Assembly: GCF_030144855.1 (NCBI RefSeq)
Contig: NC_082730.1
Span: 14,322,001 to 14,386,000 of the forward strand
DNA: 64,000 nucleotides
Reading direction: 5' to 3'
Origin: Hypanus sabinus
Taxonomy: Eukaryota
Made by a program: the position numbers and the translations under genes. The number at the start of each line of letters is the position of its first letter. Within the stretch, counting starts at the first letter, position 1. This document shows positions 35,340-49,400 of the stretch, piece after piece. Under the pieces are notes generated by a model, which was given only the letters and a program-made list of their open reading frames with translations, did no database searches and had not been told where the DNA came from.

Positions 35340-37140
35340 GTGAGTGGTGATTAGTTGCAAAGTACATGATGTTACAATTTTATATAGAGATAGTAAACAA
35401 GTATGATACAGGATAGTAAACAATGATACTTTGATGGATATTTTGTGATTTCCCCTTTAGGTGAATACCACTCCATTAGGTGGGCTATTTCTACTCTTAA
35501 GTTTTCTATTTTGTGTTTAAATCTCTTCTGCCATTTCCCCGTTCTTCTTTCATTACTTAGTTTTGCATTTCTATTCATGACAGTCTCTATCTTGGAGCCA
35601 TTGCACTGCACAGCTGTTAATGTTGCACAGTATGTTATTGTGTGTAGTTCTTCAAATGTTTCAAGTTTTCCTAAATGTTGTGGTAATATAATATTAAACC
35701 ATTTTAGCAAATTTTGATGACGTATGGTGTTTTGGTATGTAGGAATTTTTTGTTGGCTCAAAGTTGCTCTCTTATTGTGTTGTTAAATAATAGGAAACTT
35801 TTTCTTGTTACGGGACCATAGGTTTTCTTCACTGTGGACTGCCACTTTAAGAGATGCCTGGATGAGGCGGGACTATGATGTCAGTGTAATAAGCTGCAGT
35901 CAACTGCTGCTACTCAGTAAGGAGAGAGAGAGAGAGAGCAAGACAGTCTGTTGGAACTTCAGCTTGTCACTGCTATGGTTAGGAACTCTTCTCTGCCCAA
36001 AAGATTTGGTTGATCATCGGTACTCAGTGCACAATGGATGTGTGGCTGTCATTTCGTATAATCCATATGTGTGGATTTGATGGAGTATCCTGTGGTATCA
36101 CTTTTGTTGGCCCTTACCTGGACTCAGGTTGCTGTGGTAACCTCTTGAAGATCGTATTCCTGTGTCTGCCACCTGGTGATATTTCTAAGTGGTTTTTGGA
36201 ATGACTCGATTGATTAGTTCTTCTGTGACTGTTATTTTTATTTACCCAGTGTAGAACCTCTAGAATACTTCGTGATCCTCCTCTGTATACGCTAAAGTGG
36301 ACTTACAAGTTTCTCCTCTTATTAATTCTGTGGATAACTGGACTTTTCTACTTTGCCATCTTAAGACTTTAAGAACTATTCCTGAACTTGACTATTTGGG
36401 AGCCACACACATATACACGCACAACCTTGTTAACTTCTGTTTAATCTGTTTAGTTGTCTATATTATGAGTAAATATTAATAAAGATAGTGGTCTTAACAT
36501 TTAAAACTGACTCAAGGTGTCATCCATTGCTGCTGGTAGGTAACAGTCTGTAAATTCAGCTTAATCATCAGCATCCTACAGAGGCTCTGGAACTGTTGTT
36601 GCTGTTAACATCAGATTGTGAAGCAGTTGAAATAATTGTATTTTCATCTGTGCTTTGGTGGCGTTGCATTGTCATTATTTTCTTGCATAATTTTGTCGTG
36701 ATCTTTATGTTGGTTTCTTTCTAGCTGTTGTGCAACTTCATGTTTTGCTTGGTTTAACATGTCTATGGGGATTAAATTATTTTTTACTATAACACGACGT
36801 TGTTCTGATATTCGTTGCACATTTGCCTGCATGGAGGGATATTGTGCCATAAACTTTCGGTGAAGTTTGTCCCTGTATCCGATCATATCAGTCTCAATTT
36901 CCGTTACTCGGTAGTCTACGTGCATTGTGAATGTCTTTAATTCTAATGACCATTTCATGCGTGTCTTTCTTCTTTTAACTGCTTGAGTGGTCTCAGTTGT
37001 AAGTGGAACGCTGCCCTGGAGAAAACACTTACAGCAGTCGCAACCTGTGATGTTGATAGGCTACCTTGAATACCGGCTGTATCTTTCTCGGGATTCTCGG
37101 TCCCTGCCCGTCTTTTCAACAGTTCATCAATAGCGGTTCG
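35340..37140 (-). mobile_element. R4/Dong-like non-LTR retrotransposon 5' ORF fragment, split by a solo LTR
   Basis: RRKTRMKWS..TEIETDMIGYRDKLHRKFMAQYP...QRISEQRRVIVKNNLIP and ..ELHTITYCATLTAV..KWQKRFKHKIENLRVEI resemble R4/Dong N-terminal motifs (recognised from memory). Confidence 0.65.
35806..36499. mobile_element. Solo LTR
   Basis: tgttacggg...gtcttaaca (TG...CA). It interrupts the R4-like ORF; TSD unclear in T-rich flanks. Confidence 0.65.
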
Positions 37141-37550
37141 CTACTGACATGCCCAGTGTTTGCTCCAAACAATGGCCGTATCACTATTCTGTAAACATCC
37201 CTCCATTTCTAAAGCAAAAGGGTACTTTCTTCTATACCTTCAGCCAGTGTTTAGTTTCATCTGTCCCTAACACGGAGAACAGACAACCAGCACTGCACCG
37301 ACCAATCTACCGGCTGGTTTTACACCTGTGGATATCTTCTCGCCGCACCCTGATGTCCCAGACTTTCCGGCAGATCCCGAAACCGAGCCCCGGCTCCTCA
37401 CCTGTTCTCCGAGTCCATGTCACTCAGCGGGTCACCGTCCTTCGAGTTCTCCAAATTCTGCTGCCCGTTGCCAGAGGCTGGTGCTGTCATCTGGTCCCGT
37501 ACAAGGTGGTGGTGCTGCTGGCTGCCCTGGTTCCGGTGCTGCCGCGTGGC

Positions 37551-37695
37551 NNNNNNNNNNNNNNNNNNNNNNNNNNNNNNNNNNNNNNNNNNNNNNNNNN
37601 NNNNNNNNNNNNNNNNNNNNNNNNNNNNNNNNNNNNNNNNNNNNNNNNNNNNNNNNNNNNNNNNNNNNNNNNNNNNNNNNNNNNNNNNNNNNNNN
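37551..37695. other. Assembly gap (145 N)
   Basis: Run of N. Confidence 1.
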
Positions 37696-40637
37696 TACTT
37701 GCACATTGGTTCTTTGTCCATCTCTGTTGTTTGCAGCTTTTCATTGATTCTCTTGCGGTTGTTTCTATTTACCCACAGGAAAATGCATCTCAGGGTTATA
37801 TGTGGTGACACCTATTAATTTGACAATCAATTTGTTTTGAAGTTTCCATACAGTCACTATGCTCTGCATGAAAAAATTTGCCCCTCAGGTCCCTCTCTCA
37901 CCCTAAATCTATGTCCCTAGTTCTAGTCTCCTCTGCTCTTGGGGGGGGGGGGAATAAAACTGTTGCCACCATTTTATCTATGTCTCCCATAATTGTAAAC
38001 ACTTCTGTAAGGTCTCTCCTCATTTTCCAGCATTCTGGGGGATAAAGATCTAACTTGGCCAACCTGGCCGGGTAACTCAATGCCCTCGAGTTGCAAATCT
38101 TCTCTGCACTGTTTCCATTTTAACCAATTGTTTCCCATAACAGGGTGACAGAAACTGTACACAGTACTCCAACTGTGTACAGGCTTCAAGAAGGAAATAT
38201 AGAACTGCAACATAACATCCCAATAAAATACTCAGTGCCGTGACTGATGAAGGCCAGTGTGCTGAAATGATTTATTGGAATATCAATGAGGGATTATATA
38301 GGAAGAAGATGGATTAGAAATCATAGTGAGACAGCTGATGATATCAGATATCTGAATGTTTCAGGTTCGCTAAGTATAAGTAACAAAAACATAACAATTT
38401 TCATCAAATGATTGAAAATTTGAGAAGAGAGTTAAAATGTTAGCAGGACTGGGAGGTAACAATAAAGCAAGGGGATTCTGGTGAATTGCGGGCAGACCCA
38501 GTAAAGATAACATGTTGAGCATCACACCTGCCTCACTCCCAGAAGCACAGGAGATGTAAATGAGAGCCAAAGATCAAGCAGTTGGAGCAGAGCTTGTTGA
38601 CAGTGGAGGAACATCAGAATTCACAGTTGGAGTTCATGTTGAGTTCATGGTTGTTGTCAGAGCTGGCTCCTGTAGAAAGGCATTCAGCAGTTTTCTGCTG
38701 AATCTGCTCAAACACTGGGACATCCCAATTGCTGCAGGGACCTGCCCACAACCAGAAACTCAGCCAACCAGGTGACCAGAAAACCAGACCAGCCGACTGG
38801 CAGACCAGAAAAATAGCCAGTTGACATTTTGGATGCGACCCTTCAATGGGAAGGTTCAAAACCATCAGCGGGGCTTCTAATGACTGAAAGGTCACTGCCC
38901 ACTCTCACCTGAATAATTTTTATTTTAAGTTTAATTGTATTTAGCGATATGGCATTTCTGACCCAACAAGAATCAACTGCCTAATTAACCTACTAACCTA
39001 TGGGTCCTGGGAATGTGGGAGGAAACTGGAGCACCCAGAGGAAACACACATAGTCATGGAGAGAACGTATCGGCTCCTTACAGACAGTACTGGGAATTGA
39101 GCCTGGGTCACCGGTGCAGTAATATTGTTATGCTAATTGATACATGCAAAATGTAACATCAGCAGGGCACAGACTGTTCAAACCCATCAGGTGCTTCCCT
39201 GATGTTGACCATTCCTGACGGTGGCTCTGCCATTTGTATGCTGCAAGTTGGGTGCAGAGATCCCCATGGTGACTCTCTGATGGACAAGGTACAGATCACA
39301 GGTGGGGCTTATGATGGGAGAAAACTGGAGGTGTGGGTGGGGCCTAGGTCCTGCTTGTGAGTAGGGCTTGGTCTCATTGTCCAGCTTTGTCCTGGTGGCT
39401 GGGGTTTCTGAGCCTTGGATTTCAGAGGTGTTCCCATGGGCAGATCTTGTTCAAATGGGATGGATATCAATGTTCAAAATACATTTAGTATCAAAGTACA
39501 TCTATGTTACCATACACAACCCTGAGGTTATTTTTCTCATAGGCATTCTGTAAGATTCACTAGTGAACTCACACTGCAGAAATCACAATGAATTCAGCAA
39601 CTCAACCAAAACAAAAGTTTCATTATAGAAATTAACCAGCAAAACTACCAAGACCTCAGGCAAGGTCTAGAGAATTTGAAGAACTGAATTCACTCAAAAT
39701 ACACAGAAGAACTCAGTTTGACATTCATCAGCCAAGTATCCACAATGACAGAGCAAAGAGAGATTGGCAGTCACCCCAAAAACACACCCTGGAGCACACT
39801 GGAACTCAGTGCCAATTGAACAACATAGGTGTCCAGATGAAACAATAATCCCCAAGACAACAATTACAAAGCAAATTACTCACAATACTATTCTGATTAA
39901 ATTATCCCAAATTGAATAAAAGTGTTGAATACAAAGAGAGCTTAAAAATCCCCATGATCTTAAATGAGACCCCTGGATAACAAAGTAAAAAACGCAGAAT
40001 GAGTCCAAAGACAAACAATTAGTCATAAAGGTAAACAATCCAAGGGACACCACGTACCCACAAGGTTACACCCAGAAAACACAGTCCACATTACAAATGA
40101 AAAAAAACTCTTCCTCTTCTTTATAAAAAACTCCTTGTTGTGACACATTTACAGTAAATACAAATTAACACCACACAGTCAATGCAAAATCATACCCAAG
40201 GCAGACAAACAACCAAAGTGCAAAATGCAACACGCTGAGACCATACAAAGCAGAAACGATAAATAAGTCAGCAATAAATATCGAAAAAATGAGATGAAGA
40301 GTCCTTGAACATATCTCCATAGGTTGTGGGAGCAGTTCAGTGTTGGGGTGAGTGAAATTTTCCGCCAGTCAATTTACTCACTCAATCTGTAACTGAACGA
40401 GTTTCAAGTTAAGTTACGGACTTTACTTCCACCCCACGCAGCACCCTGGTGCGTGTGTGATCTTGGAGACACCAAAGCACAATTGCCTGACATTGCCCCA
40501 GTGGAGAGGCTCAGGAAGGCCTGGCAAGGCAGAACATGTCCTGAATTTGGTGCAAGCCGCAAGTAAGTTCTTTGGACGATTGCCAATCGAAGCAAGCCCC
40601 ACCCGCTGAACATGGTACCCTTCTCCGAGGATCGAAA

Positions 40638-40900
40638 CCCTGTCGTGGTGGACTGCTTGTGACTTCCTGAGATCCCGGGAGTGTTGCTGTCTGAGCTTAA
40701 CTCCTGGTAGGTCACCCATGGTGGTATGGTCAAATGGGAGCCTCCAGACAACGAGTGACCCAACAAAGTCCTCAAAGGTAGAGCTGGCAGAACATGGTGA
40801 TACATCAGAATGGTAGTGAAGGTGGAGGAAGGCTGCAGTAGAGAAGGTCCACAGACGGCTTGCACTCCATGCCACAGGACATTGACCCTGATCTGTCAAG
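40638..40900 (+). mobile_element. RTE-type 5' UTR-like fragment
   Basis: ccctgtcgtggtggactgcttgtg..ctggtaggtcacccatggtgg..ccagacaa resembles Rex3/BovB-type 5' ends from memory. No ORF support. Confidence 0.4.
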
Positions 40901-43709
40901 GACTTTCTCCATCTGATTCCCCATGTTAAACAAAGTTATGCACAGGCATTTTTCCATAAAGGGAATAAGCTAGCATCATACTTGACTGGAGTGATAGCAT
41001 TATTTTTATCACAGTCACATTGACTTCTCAGTCAGGCTGTTATTAACAGTTTTGCTGACAGTAACTAATCTCCACCATTTCCATCAAATAATGGAAAATT
41101 CATTTTGATTTGTCCGGTCAGCTCAACTGAGAGGGACTCAGATTCAAAGGCATCAGATTACAGTGTCCAGCTCACTGTGGTTTCACAACTAAATTCTCTG
41201 CTGCTTCATTCCTCATTCAACTTCCACGTCCTATTTGTCTTCGTCAGCTATGTAGATCCACAAGCTGCGAGCTAAGTGATGGACTAGTGATAACAGGTTC
41301 ACTACAGTTGAACAATGTGGATTCTGGCTCTTTTCATCTGTTCACTGCCGGGTGAGTGACGACCAGTGTGGGACGTTACAGACAATGGTAAATGCAGGAA
41401 TTACTCAGCAGGTCAGGCTGTACCCATGGAAAAGGAAACAGTAAAAGTTTCAGACCCAAGACCCTTTGACTCTGCTTCACTTCCCAGAGATTCAGCCTGA
41501 CATATTTCCAGCATGTTCTGTTTTTGTCTCAAATTTCCAACATCTGCCGTTTATTCGAATGATCTGTGTTAATTTGGGTCTAGTGCACCGTTTCTGTAGC
41601 AGAGATGGTAAAGTATGTGCAGATATGTAAAGATAGAAAATACTCCATAAATAGGTTCAAAATATTGGGGTGAGGAACCACAGACACAATGCTGGAAGAT
41701 TTGTATGGGTCCAGCAGCATCTATAGAGGCAAAACGTATTCCAGTTGGAGACCCTGTATCGGGTCTGGGGGGGGGGGGGTGTGGGTGGGTGGGGGGAAGA
41801 AAGAAACAAAACCCAGCCTGCAGTTGTGATTGTGCAGGGAGGAGAGAAGGGAACTGAGGACACATTTGGTCTCTGGCACCAGAATAGTCTTGGCAGAGAG
41901 TGTTGCTGCCCAGGGAACATTAATTTGTAAAGGTTTGCAGATGTAAGTGCAAAGGCTCCCTTTCCATCCATGAAACATCATTTTCATGCTCCCTTGTACT
42001 CACTAAAATCAGTATAGGAATTATACATGAATAGTAAGATGTCTCCGATAGACAGCTGTTCCTGTTATTGAAATGTCTTGTTCTTCAGTTCTGTGTGGGT
42101 TGAGGGCTAACCTTGTACTCAGAATCCATTTCCTTTTCATTCTCTTCCCCGGAACTGTGACATTTGTTTTACTCATCAGCATCCAGTATTATTGGAAATA
42201 ACTTGGAAAACGGTTAGCACGCTTGCAGAAGAGACGAGACGGAACAAGAGATCTCTCATCACTGCCTTCCCATGTGGACTGAACACAGGGGTCCAGCAGA
42301 ACATTGTGACAAGCAGGATAGTCTAGATGACCTGATTAATTTGGGTATTTGAGTTGACAACCCGGTAACCGTGTGGTGCAGAGAAAAATATGTCTCAAGC
42401 TTCTTATGGTCCGATCACTCTCTTTCCTCACCCTCTCCCTCATTGTCCACAGTCTCTTACAATGAAAGAACATTTATCATATATAGTGTCGTAGAATAAG
42501 TCTGCTGGATTCATAGTCACCCAGAAACAATGAACACGTTCACAAGCACAGAATTAGCCACAACAATCTCTAACACTAACCCTTTCAGAACCCTAGATTG
42601 CAGTTCATCTGGTCTGGGAGACTTATGTAACTTAAGGTCGTTCAGCTTTTTGAGCACATTCACTTTTGTGACAGTAACTGCACTCACCTCTCTTCCTCCA
42701 CACACTACAAAGTCAGGCATACTGCTAGTGTTTTCCACAGTGAAGAATGATGCAAAATACTTATTAGTTCATCATCCTTGTCCCCTGTTATTATTTCTCC
42801 TTCCTCATTTTCTAGCAGTTCTATACCCATTCTAATTTCTCTTTTATTTTTAACGTATTTGAACAAATTTTTACTATCCACTTTGATATTATTTGCTAGC
42901 TTCTTTCATATTTCATCTTTTCCCTTCTAATGATTTTTAGCTGCTCTCTGTACATTTTTAAAAGCTACCCAGTCCTCTATCTTCCTATTAATTTTGTTTT
43001 GTTGTATTTCCTTTCTAATCAGGATCATATATTGTGGTAAACACATATTTGGCAATAAATTTAATTTGAATTTTGAACTTTGAAATGTCTCACTGAGAAG
43101 GAGGAATATCACATAATATCCTTTACTTGCTATGTGAGGAGGTGAAGCAGTAACACCAGGGCAGTTTGGAGCTCATTACATCTTCAGCTCAGGGTTATCT
43201 GATGGATGTCGGTGAGCCAGAGATAATTCCAGATGCAGTGTTCCCACTTGTGAATCTGGACCTGTTAAACCTGAGCCCATTCAGCCCATTGAGTATGTTC
43301 CTCATTCTTTAATGGCTGATTTATTATTCCCCCTCAATCCTATTCTCCCCATAACCTCTACCACCTTTACAAATCAAAAAATAATATCAACCTAAGCTTT
43401 AAATATATCCAATGATTTGTCCTCCACAGTAATTCTGTGACAATTAATTCCAAAGGATCAGCACCTTCTGGTCAGGGACTCTCCCACCACAGGAAACATC
43501 CTCTCCATATACACTCCATCTAGCTTCTTGGCCCTTTACAATATGAGAGATTTGAATGAGACCCCTCCCGCCACACCCACCATTCCTCTAAACTCCAACG
43601 AGTACAGGTCCAGAGCCATCAAATACTCCTCATACATTTACCCTCTCACTGCTGGGATCATTTTGGGGAACCTCCTCTGAACACCTTTCCCATTACAGCA
43701 CACACTTTC

Positions 43710-44639
43710 TGTCAAGATCTGGTCCGTAAAGTCCGCATTCTTCCTTATTTTAGATTTTCCACTTTTCCCTTGTTCTGTTGGGTGCTCTAATTGAGACACC
43801 TGATTCTCATATTGAGCTGGCTACATAGATAGCTCCTGGGGTCAGCTTCATTTGCTGGACTGTTCCCTTTGCTGTCTTCCTAAAGCATTTGTCTGCAATC
43901 TTGCCTGTGTCCTGGCCTGCATTGCTGTCAAGTTCTACTGCTGGAGCAAGACGGGAACCTTGCTGTGCCTAGATAAGGAACTGTCTATTGTGGTTTGGAA
44001 CTGTCTCTGTGTCCATGCCTTTGCTTGGTTGGTCTGGCTGTCTGATGTTACCTTGTGTTGGGAACTGTCTCTGTCTCCACACCTTTGCTAGGCAGGTATG
44101 GCTGTTTGCTGCTGCTGTGTGTTGGGAACTGTCTCTCTGTCTTCTCTGTATGAGTCCTGGCCCTACATCCTGCTCCCTAGGGGTGGTCCTGACTCTGTGT
44201 AGGCACTGGCCCCAAGTCCTGTTCCTAAGGAGAGGTCCTGGCTCTGTGTTCCATGTTCCTGTGTACTGGTTTTTCCAAGACCATGGCTCTGTGTTCCGGT
44301 TCTGCCAAGGCCCCAAGCCTCGCCCAGTCCTGCAGCCAAGCCTTGAAGAACCCAAGCCACATCCAGTCCTGCAGCCACATCATTTCTTTGAGTAGTTCTG
44401 GGGTCTGAGCCACGTTCTGGGTCCTTGCCCAGTCTCTGGCTTGGAGTCTCTGGCTCCTTGTTCCCAGTTCCTTGTCCTGGTCCTGCTTTCCTGGCCAAAG
44501 TCCTAGACCAACTCTGTGTTCCTGTCCCATCTCCTAGTTGATGTCCTGTCCCATCCCTAACTCTAGTCCAGTCCAGTTCCTAGTACTTCAGTGTCTGTGT
44601 CTTGCATTTGGGTCTGCTCCCAGTGCCCACGGTATGACA
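43710..44639. mobile_element. Solo-LTR-like element with internal short repeats
   Basis: tgtca...tgaca ends, near-TSD ctttc/ctttt and repeated gttgggaactgtctct units. It interrupts a reverse CR1 tail. Confidence 0.6.
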
Positions 44640-46014
44640 CTTTTAAGAGGCCCAATACTGTTCACCATAATCCAAGTGCAGTTGGACCAATAACTTATAA
44701 AGCTCTAGTTCTGGGATAACTTATAAACAGTGGTAAATGTTTTACAATCCCACCATTGTATTTTAAAGTGTGTGCATGTTTGTTATTAGATTTAAACACA
44801 ATAATGAAATGGCCAAATTGTTGTTGTTGGTCAGTGATCTAGTTGCTGAAACAAAATGCTTTGCTGAAGATGTTTTGTATTTCTGCATTTGTTCCCGTCA
44901 GCAAAGAGAACCATGGCTGATGAGATGTTTTCCAAGAAATGATGAAGCAATAGTGAAAGAGACCAGAATAAGCTGTCAGTGTGTTGCAACCATTGGCACT
45001 TCTCTATATTATGTCTGGTAAGATAAATAAAGAAAACTTAAGTTCTGACCACATCCTTCACTGAGGGTGAACATTACACAGATGACAGCAGTGACTGATG
45101 CAACACAGTCAGCACTCCAACTATACAATGTACAGAATGTCAGCACTCATACTATACAATGTACAGAATGTCAGCACTCATGCTATACAATGTACATTCT
45201 TGGATCACTTCAACCCTTGAACTATAATAAAACCAAAAGCAACAACACAAAATGCTGGAGTAATTCAGAATCTATGGAAATGAATAGACGCACCACATAG
45301 TTACTTTGCATGAAAAGCCCTTCCGCATCACAGCTATTTCCTACTTTGCTCCTTTCTCAGCATCAAATTCCCCAAAACATATTTGCTTGAATTATCACCA
45401 AGGCAGATGCAGAATGATGTCCAAATCTTGGAGTTAAGTCCATAACTCCCCAAAATTTGCAACTGAGTGAGATGGTAAAGCGGGTGGTAAAGGGAGCTTA
45501 TGGCATGGGGACAACATAGAGCATTCAAGAATACATTCTGCAAATGTATAAAAATATGCTTAGGACACACTTGGGGCAGGTGTGCAGTTGTGTTTGCTGC
45601 ATAGCAGGAAGGATGTGGAAATATTGGAGCAACTGCTGAAGAGACACATCAGATTGTTGCCTGTATCAGAGGAAGGGAAAATGAAAAAACATAGCAGGAG
45701 AATTCAGCCACTTTTCCCATTGAGTCTATTCCACCATTCCATCATGGCTGATTTATCTCCTCTCTCAACCGCATTCTCCTGCCTTCAGGAGTCAGGTGGG
45801 ATCTGCAAATCCAGAGTGGTCAACATTTCGGGTTAATCAGGACACTTCCAGCAGTTTATTTTTCCTTCAGATTTAAACATTTACTGTTGCTTGTGTCTAA
45901 TATTTTAACAGTTCTCACCATTTCATTTAGTCTTTGGGAATTTTAAATGTTTCTGTCTTGCTAAGCATAACTAGAAGCCTTTTGGGTATTCATGTGCCAC
46001 ACACCACTTGGGTC

Positions 46015-46871
46015 TGTTACGAACCCCGTAACTGGGTCACTTACTAGCAAAGATAGAGACGTCCGTTGAAGTCTGACGATACTATTTTTAACAGTATTTA
46101 TTAGTAAAAATACACAAAAATGATATCAATGCAAATATACGGATAATACACATCATCAATACTAAATCTAAAAGTGTGGGTATATTAATAATCAATAAGA
46201 AATAAGCTCTATCGTTGTCTAGGGGATCATGTATTGTCCGATGGAAATATAAATTCACTCAGCTCATGCAGGTGGCAGTCTCTGGGGACCGCTGTGTTGC
46301 AATGGTTGGAGAGAGAGAGAGATTTGGAGAAAACTTGCCGATTTTCCTTTTATGATTTCGATCTGTCAGGTGTCTCGATGTCGTGGCCTTTCACTTGTGG
46401 CCTCTCCTTTAGCTAAACCGTCCTTCTGTGGTGAGCCCGCCTACCCAGGCAAAGGGAGGATGCACACAAGCCCCCACTGGCTGTCGCTATTAAACGCTGT
46501 CACGGGATCTCTAGCGTTTCTCCTGGTGCGTCTAAAGGTGTTGTTCCCCAGACCCTCTTTTATCCTTACTCACAGGGTCTCAAATGTCAATCAGGTTGGG
46601 ATGATGCAATCCCTCAACCAGACCACTCTGGTTGTCCCCTGAGGGGTTTTAATGTATAGTATAGTACTCAATACACAATTCTGTCTCCAAGAGACAATAG
46701 CCGTTATCAGTGGTTCTGTTTCGCTGTGGCCAGGACACATTTCAAACCCTGTGTATTTTGCGTGTCTCTCTCTCATTTCCTGGGTCCCAGACCTGAATTA
46801 ATAGTGATCTTGCGATTCTCAAAAAGGAGGGGGCGACTTTGTACCCTTCGGCCCCTCAGAGTTGTTTCACA
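46015..46871. mobile_element. Solo LTR inserted ~120 bp upstream of leader copy 3
   Basis: tgttacgaa...tttcaca (TG...CA). Absent from the three paralogous upstream regions. Confidence 0.7.
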
Positions 46872-46989
46872 TTCATATCAAGTCACTGTTGTTTTTTGAT
46901 CAAATTTCCTGCTGCCTATTGTCCTCATTTTAATTTTAGTCATTGTTTTCTGAGAACAGACAGGCCCTATCTGGGTCTCTGTCAATAAA

Positions 46990-47029
46990 ATGTTGTGGAC
47001 TTTGATTATTCCGATTGGGTTCCTAACCT
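46990..47029 (+). pseudogene. Receptor copy 3: orphan leader exon (MLWTLIIPIGFLT, phase 1), V exon deleted
   Basis: Intact ATG and donor T|GTGAGT. Intron-1 sequence joins directly to intron-2 sequence at 47638-47641. Confidence 0.82.
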
Positions 47030-48104
47030 GTGAGTAACAAACAATGCTGGACATCTGTGTAAGCAGAGTTGGTTTGGGGTCATGCATAGTTTCCAGAACA
47101 GTGCAGAGCAGTAAATGTAGTCAGTGAAGATGTCGGAATCTGGTGTTCAGTGAAAACTCCTGGAGGAATTCAATGAGTCAAAAATGTCTGTCAGTGGGGA
47201 GGGACTTGACAAAGCTTTGGGTCAAGAATCTGCGGAAAGTCAGAGTGGAGAGGGAGCGGGCTGAGACTGAATTCTCTTGGTAGTTGGAAACTGAGGATGG
47301 GTGAAGCATGGCAAGCAAATGGAATGGGGAGGAAAATTGTTGGAGTTTGGAGCTTGGTGACTGGTGGAAGAAGATAACAAGAAAAGGGTAATAGAGTGGA
47401 GCCAGCTTGGGGGGAGATTACGCCCAGCTGGAGAAATCTCCTGGAGGCTGTTAAGCAGAAAAATCAGGTCTCCCATTGCTGGAATCTGATCTCACACTGC
47501 AAGGATGACTGTGACTTTTGATGTTATGGTCTTGAAATCAATGTCAATCCTCGGCCATTTCAGTGGGGCAATTAGGAATCAATATTATGAGATCTGAAGT
47601 CAAAGGTAAACCTTGGTGGGTAGGGATGAGAGATTTCTGTCTCATCCATGCTTCCACTGAGAAGGGTCGATGCATTAAATGACCCGGGTTAAGTATGTTG
47701 AACGTAGAAATGCCCATCTCATTGATGTGTCTGAAGAACATCAATCTCCTTCTCCTCTTACTCAGTCCCAGCGTGGATTGCCAGAACCTTTTGCAAATTC
47801 AGTGCGAAATGCTTTGCAAGTCAGTAAATTCAGTCATAATTTCATTTCCTCTTGAAAGCTACCGAACAGGTGATGGATATCTCACAAGTTTCAGCTTTTA
47901 AATACTCAGTGGCCACTTCATTACATTTCAGGTTAGTATCCCTCCTCAGATCTGGGTTAAAAGCAGAAGAGTGTCAGTTTACAAAGCAGATCTGTTGGGA
48001 GGAGTGATGTGTGGGATAAAAGACTTTGCAGTTCATTCCCAGGTTATGAATTCCTGATTATGGACACTTCTATGTATGAACAAGCTTCTTTAATGTTACT
48101 TAAT

Positions 48105-49400
48105 TTAAAACTCCAGTGTATAGATTTAGGTACACAAGAGTTTTTATCTGGTTTCTGATGGTATGGCCTCCACAGAGCCATGATCTCAACATCACTGATG
48201 TTGTCTGGGATTACCTGGGGAATCAGAAACAAGTGTGGTAGCCAAAGTCTGGAGAAGAACTGTGGCAACCTACCGGACAATGGTCTAATAAAACTGCACA
48301 ACAGTGCATCTAAGAGAATTAATGCAGTTTTAAAGAGAAAGGATCATCAAACCAAATATTGATTTGATTTAATTTTGTTTTACTATTTACTGCTCTTTAT
48401 AGTAAATGTTCAATATTTAGAAACTTGACATTTCATTTTCTTTGAAAGCATCTTGGCTTTACAGAATATTTTTACATATGCCTACAACTTTTGCACAGTT
48501 CCATATGTACATAATTTTGCATCTGACACAAAGACTGTCGGTGCTGTGGTTGGTACAGAGCCTTGTCGTAAATTACTACAGGGTAAAGACAAGATGGCGT
48601 GCTGGGTGGAGAAGTGATTGATGGAGTTTAACACAGAAAAATGTAATGTGATGCACTTTGAAGGATCAGACAAACCTGAAGGCTGGTTAATAGTAGGTTT
48701 CTGAGCAATATGGAGAATACAGAAGGATATTGGTCTCCAAGTCTGCAGATTCTTCAAAGTTGCTGCACAAGTTGTAAAGGTGTTAAAGCAAGAGTATGAT
48801 AGTCGAGAGATTGAGTTCAAAAGCCACAAGCTAATGTTACACTCTATAAAACTCTGGTTCAATCATACTTGGAGAATTTAGTTCAGTTCAGATTGCCTCA
48901 TTGTTGGAAGCTTGCCAAAGCTGTAGAGAGGGTGCAGTGGAGGTTTACCAGGATGTTCCCTGGATTAGAGAAATGTCTTTTGAGGAAAAGTGAGTGTTGA
49001 GTGGGCCAGTGATTTTCACTATGGAGCAACGGAGGGTGAGAGGTAACTTGGTAGAGTGATGAAGAAGAGGTGTATAAGCCATAGAATGTGTGGACAGGCA
49101 GCACTTTCTCATGGTGACAATGACCAATACAGAGGACATCCATTTAAGCTGAGCAGAGGAAAGTTTAGGGGAGACGTAAGAGTTAAGTTTTTTTTACACA
49201 GATTGGCAAGCACCAGGGACGCACTGCTGGCATGGTGGCAGAGGCTGATCCAATATGGATATTCAGAAGCTCTTAGATAGGCACATTCATTTATGTATGG
49301 AAACAGACTGTCACAGGCTTTGTAGATTCATCATCGAGTATCGATTGGCACGACATTGGGGGCTGAAGTGCCTGAACTGTGCTGTGCTGTTCCATGTTCC
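48105..49400 (+). mobile_element. Tc1 derivative + CR1 3' fragment, paralogous to 6076-7400
   Basis: WPPQSHDLNITDVVWDYL..PKSGEELWQ..KRINAVLK, followed by the same CR1 remnant in the same order. Confidence 0.75.

Noticed and set aside
37149-37818. Six overlapping ORFs across the second N gap
   Set aside because: Gap artefact. The flanking GC-rich sequence was not recognisable as any protein.
40404-40899. Two ~155-aa minus-strand ORFs
   Set aside because: No recognisable domain, and the DNA partly resembles an RTE 5' UTR on the plus strand.
41130-41400. Ig-like snippets (plus: ITGSLQLNNVDSGSF..HCRV; minus: REFSCETT..SESLSVEL)
   Set aside because: Both strands give equally weak matches that need frameshifts, and there are no convincing splice sites. 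A profile HMM search would be needed to exclude a very old Ig remnant.
43969-44530. Several 100-135 aa ORFs on both strands
   Set aside because: They lie within a repetitive solo-LTR-like element.
45109-45195. ~31-bp tandem repeat (about 2.8 copies)
   Set aside because: Simple local slippage duplication with no spacers. It is not CRISPR-like, and the window is eukaryotic.
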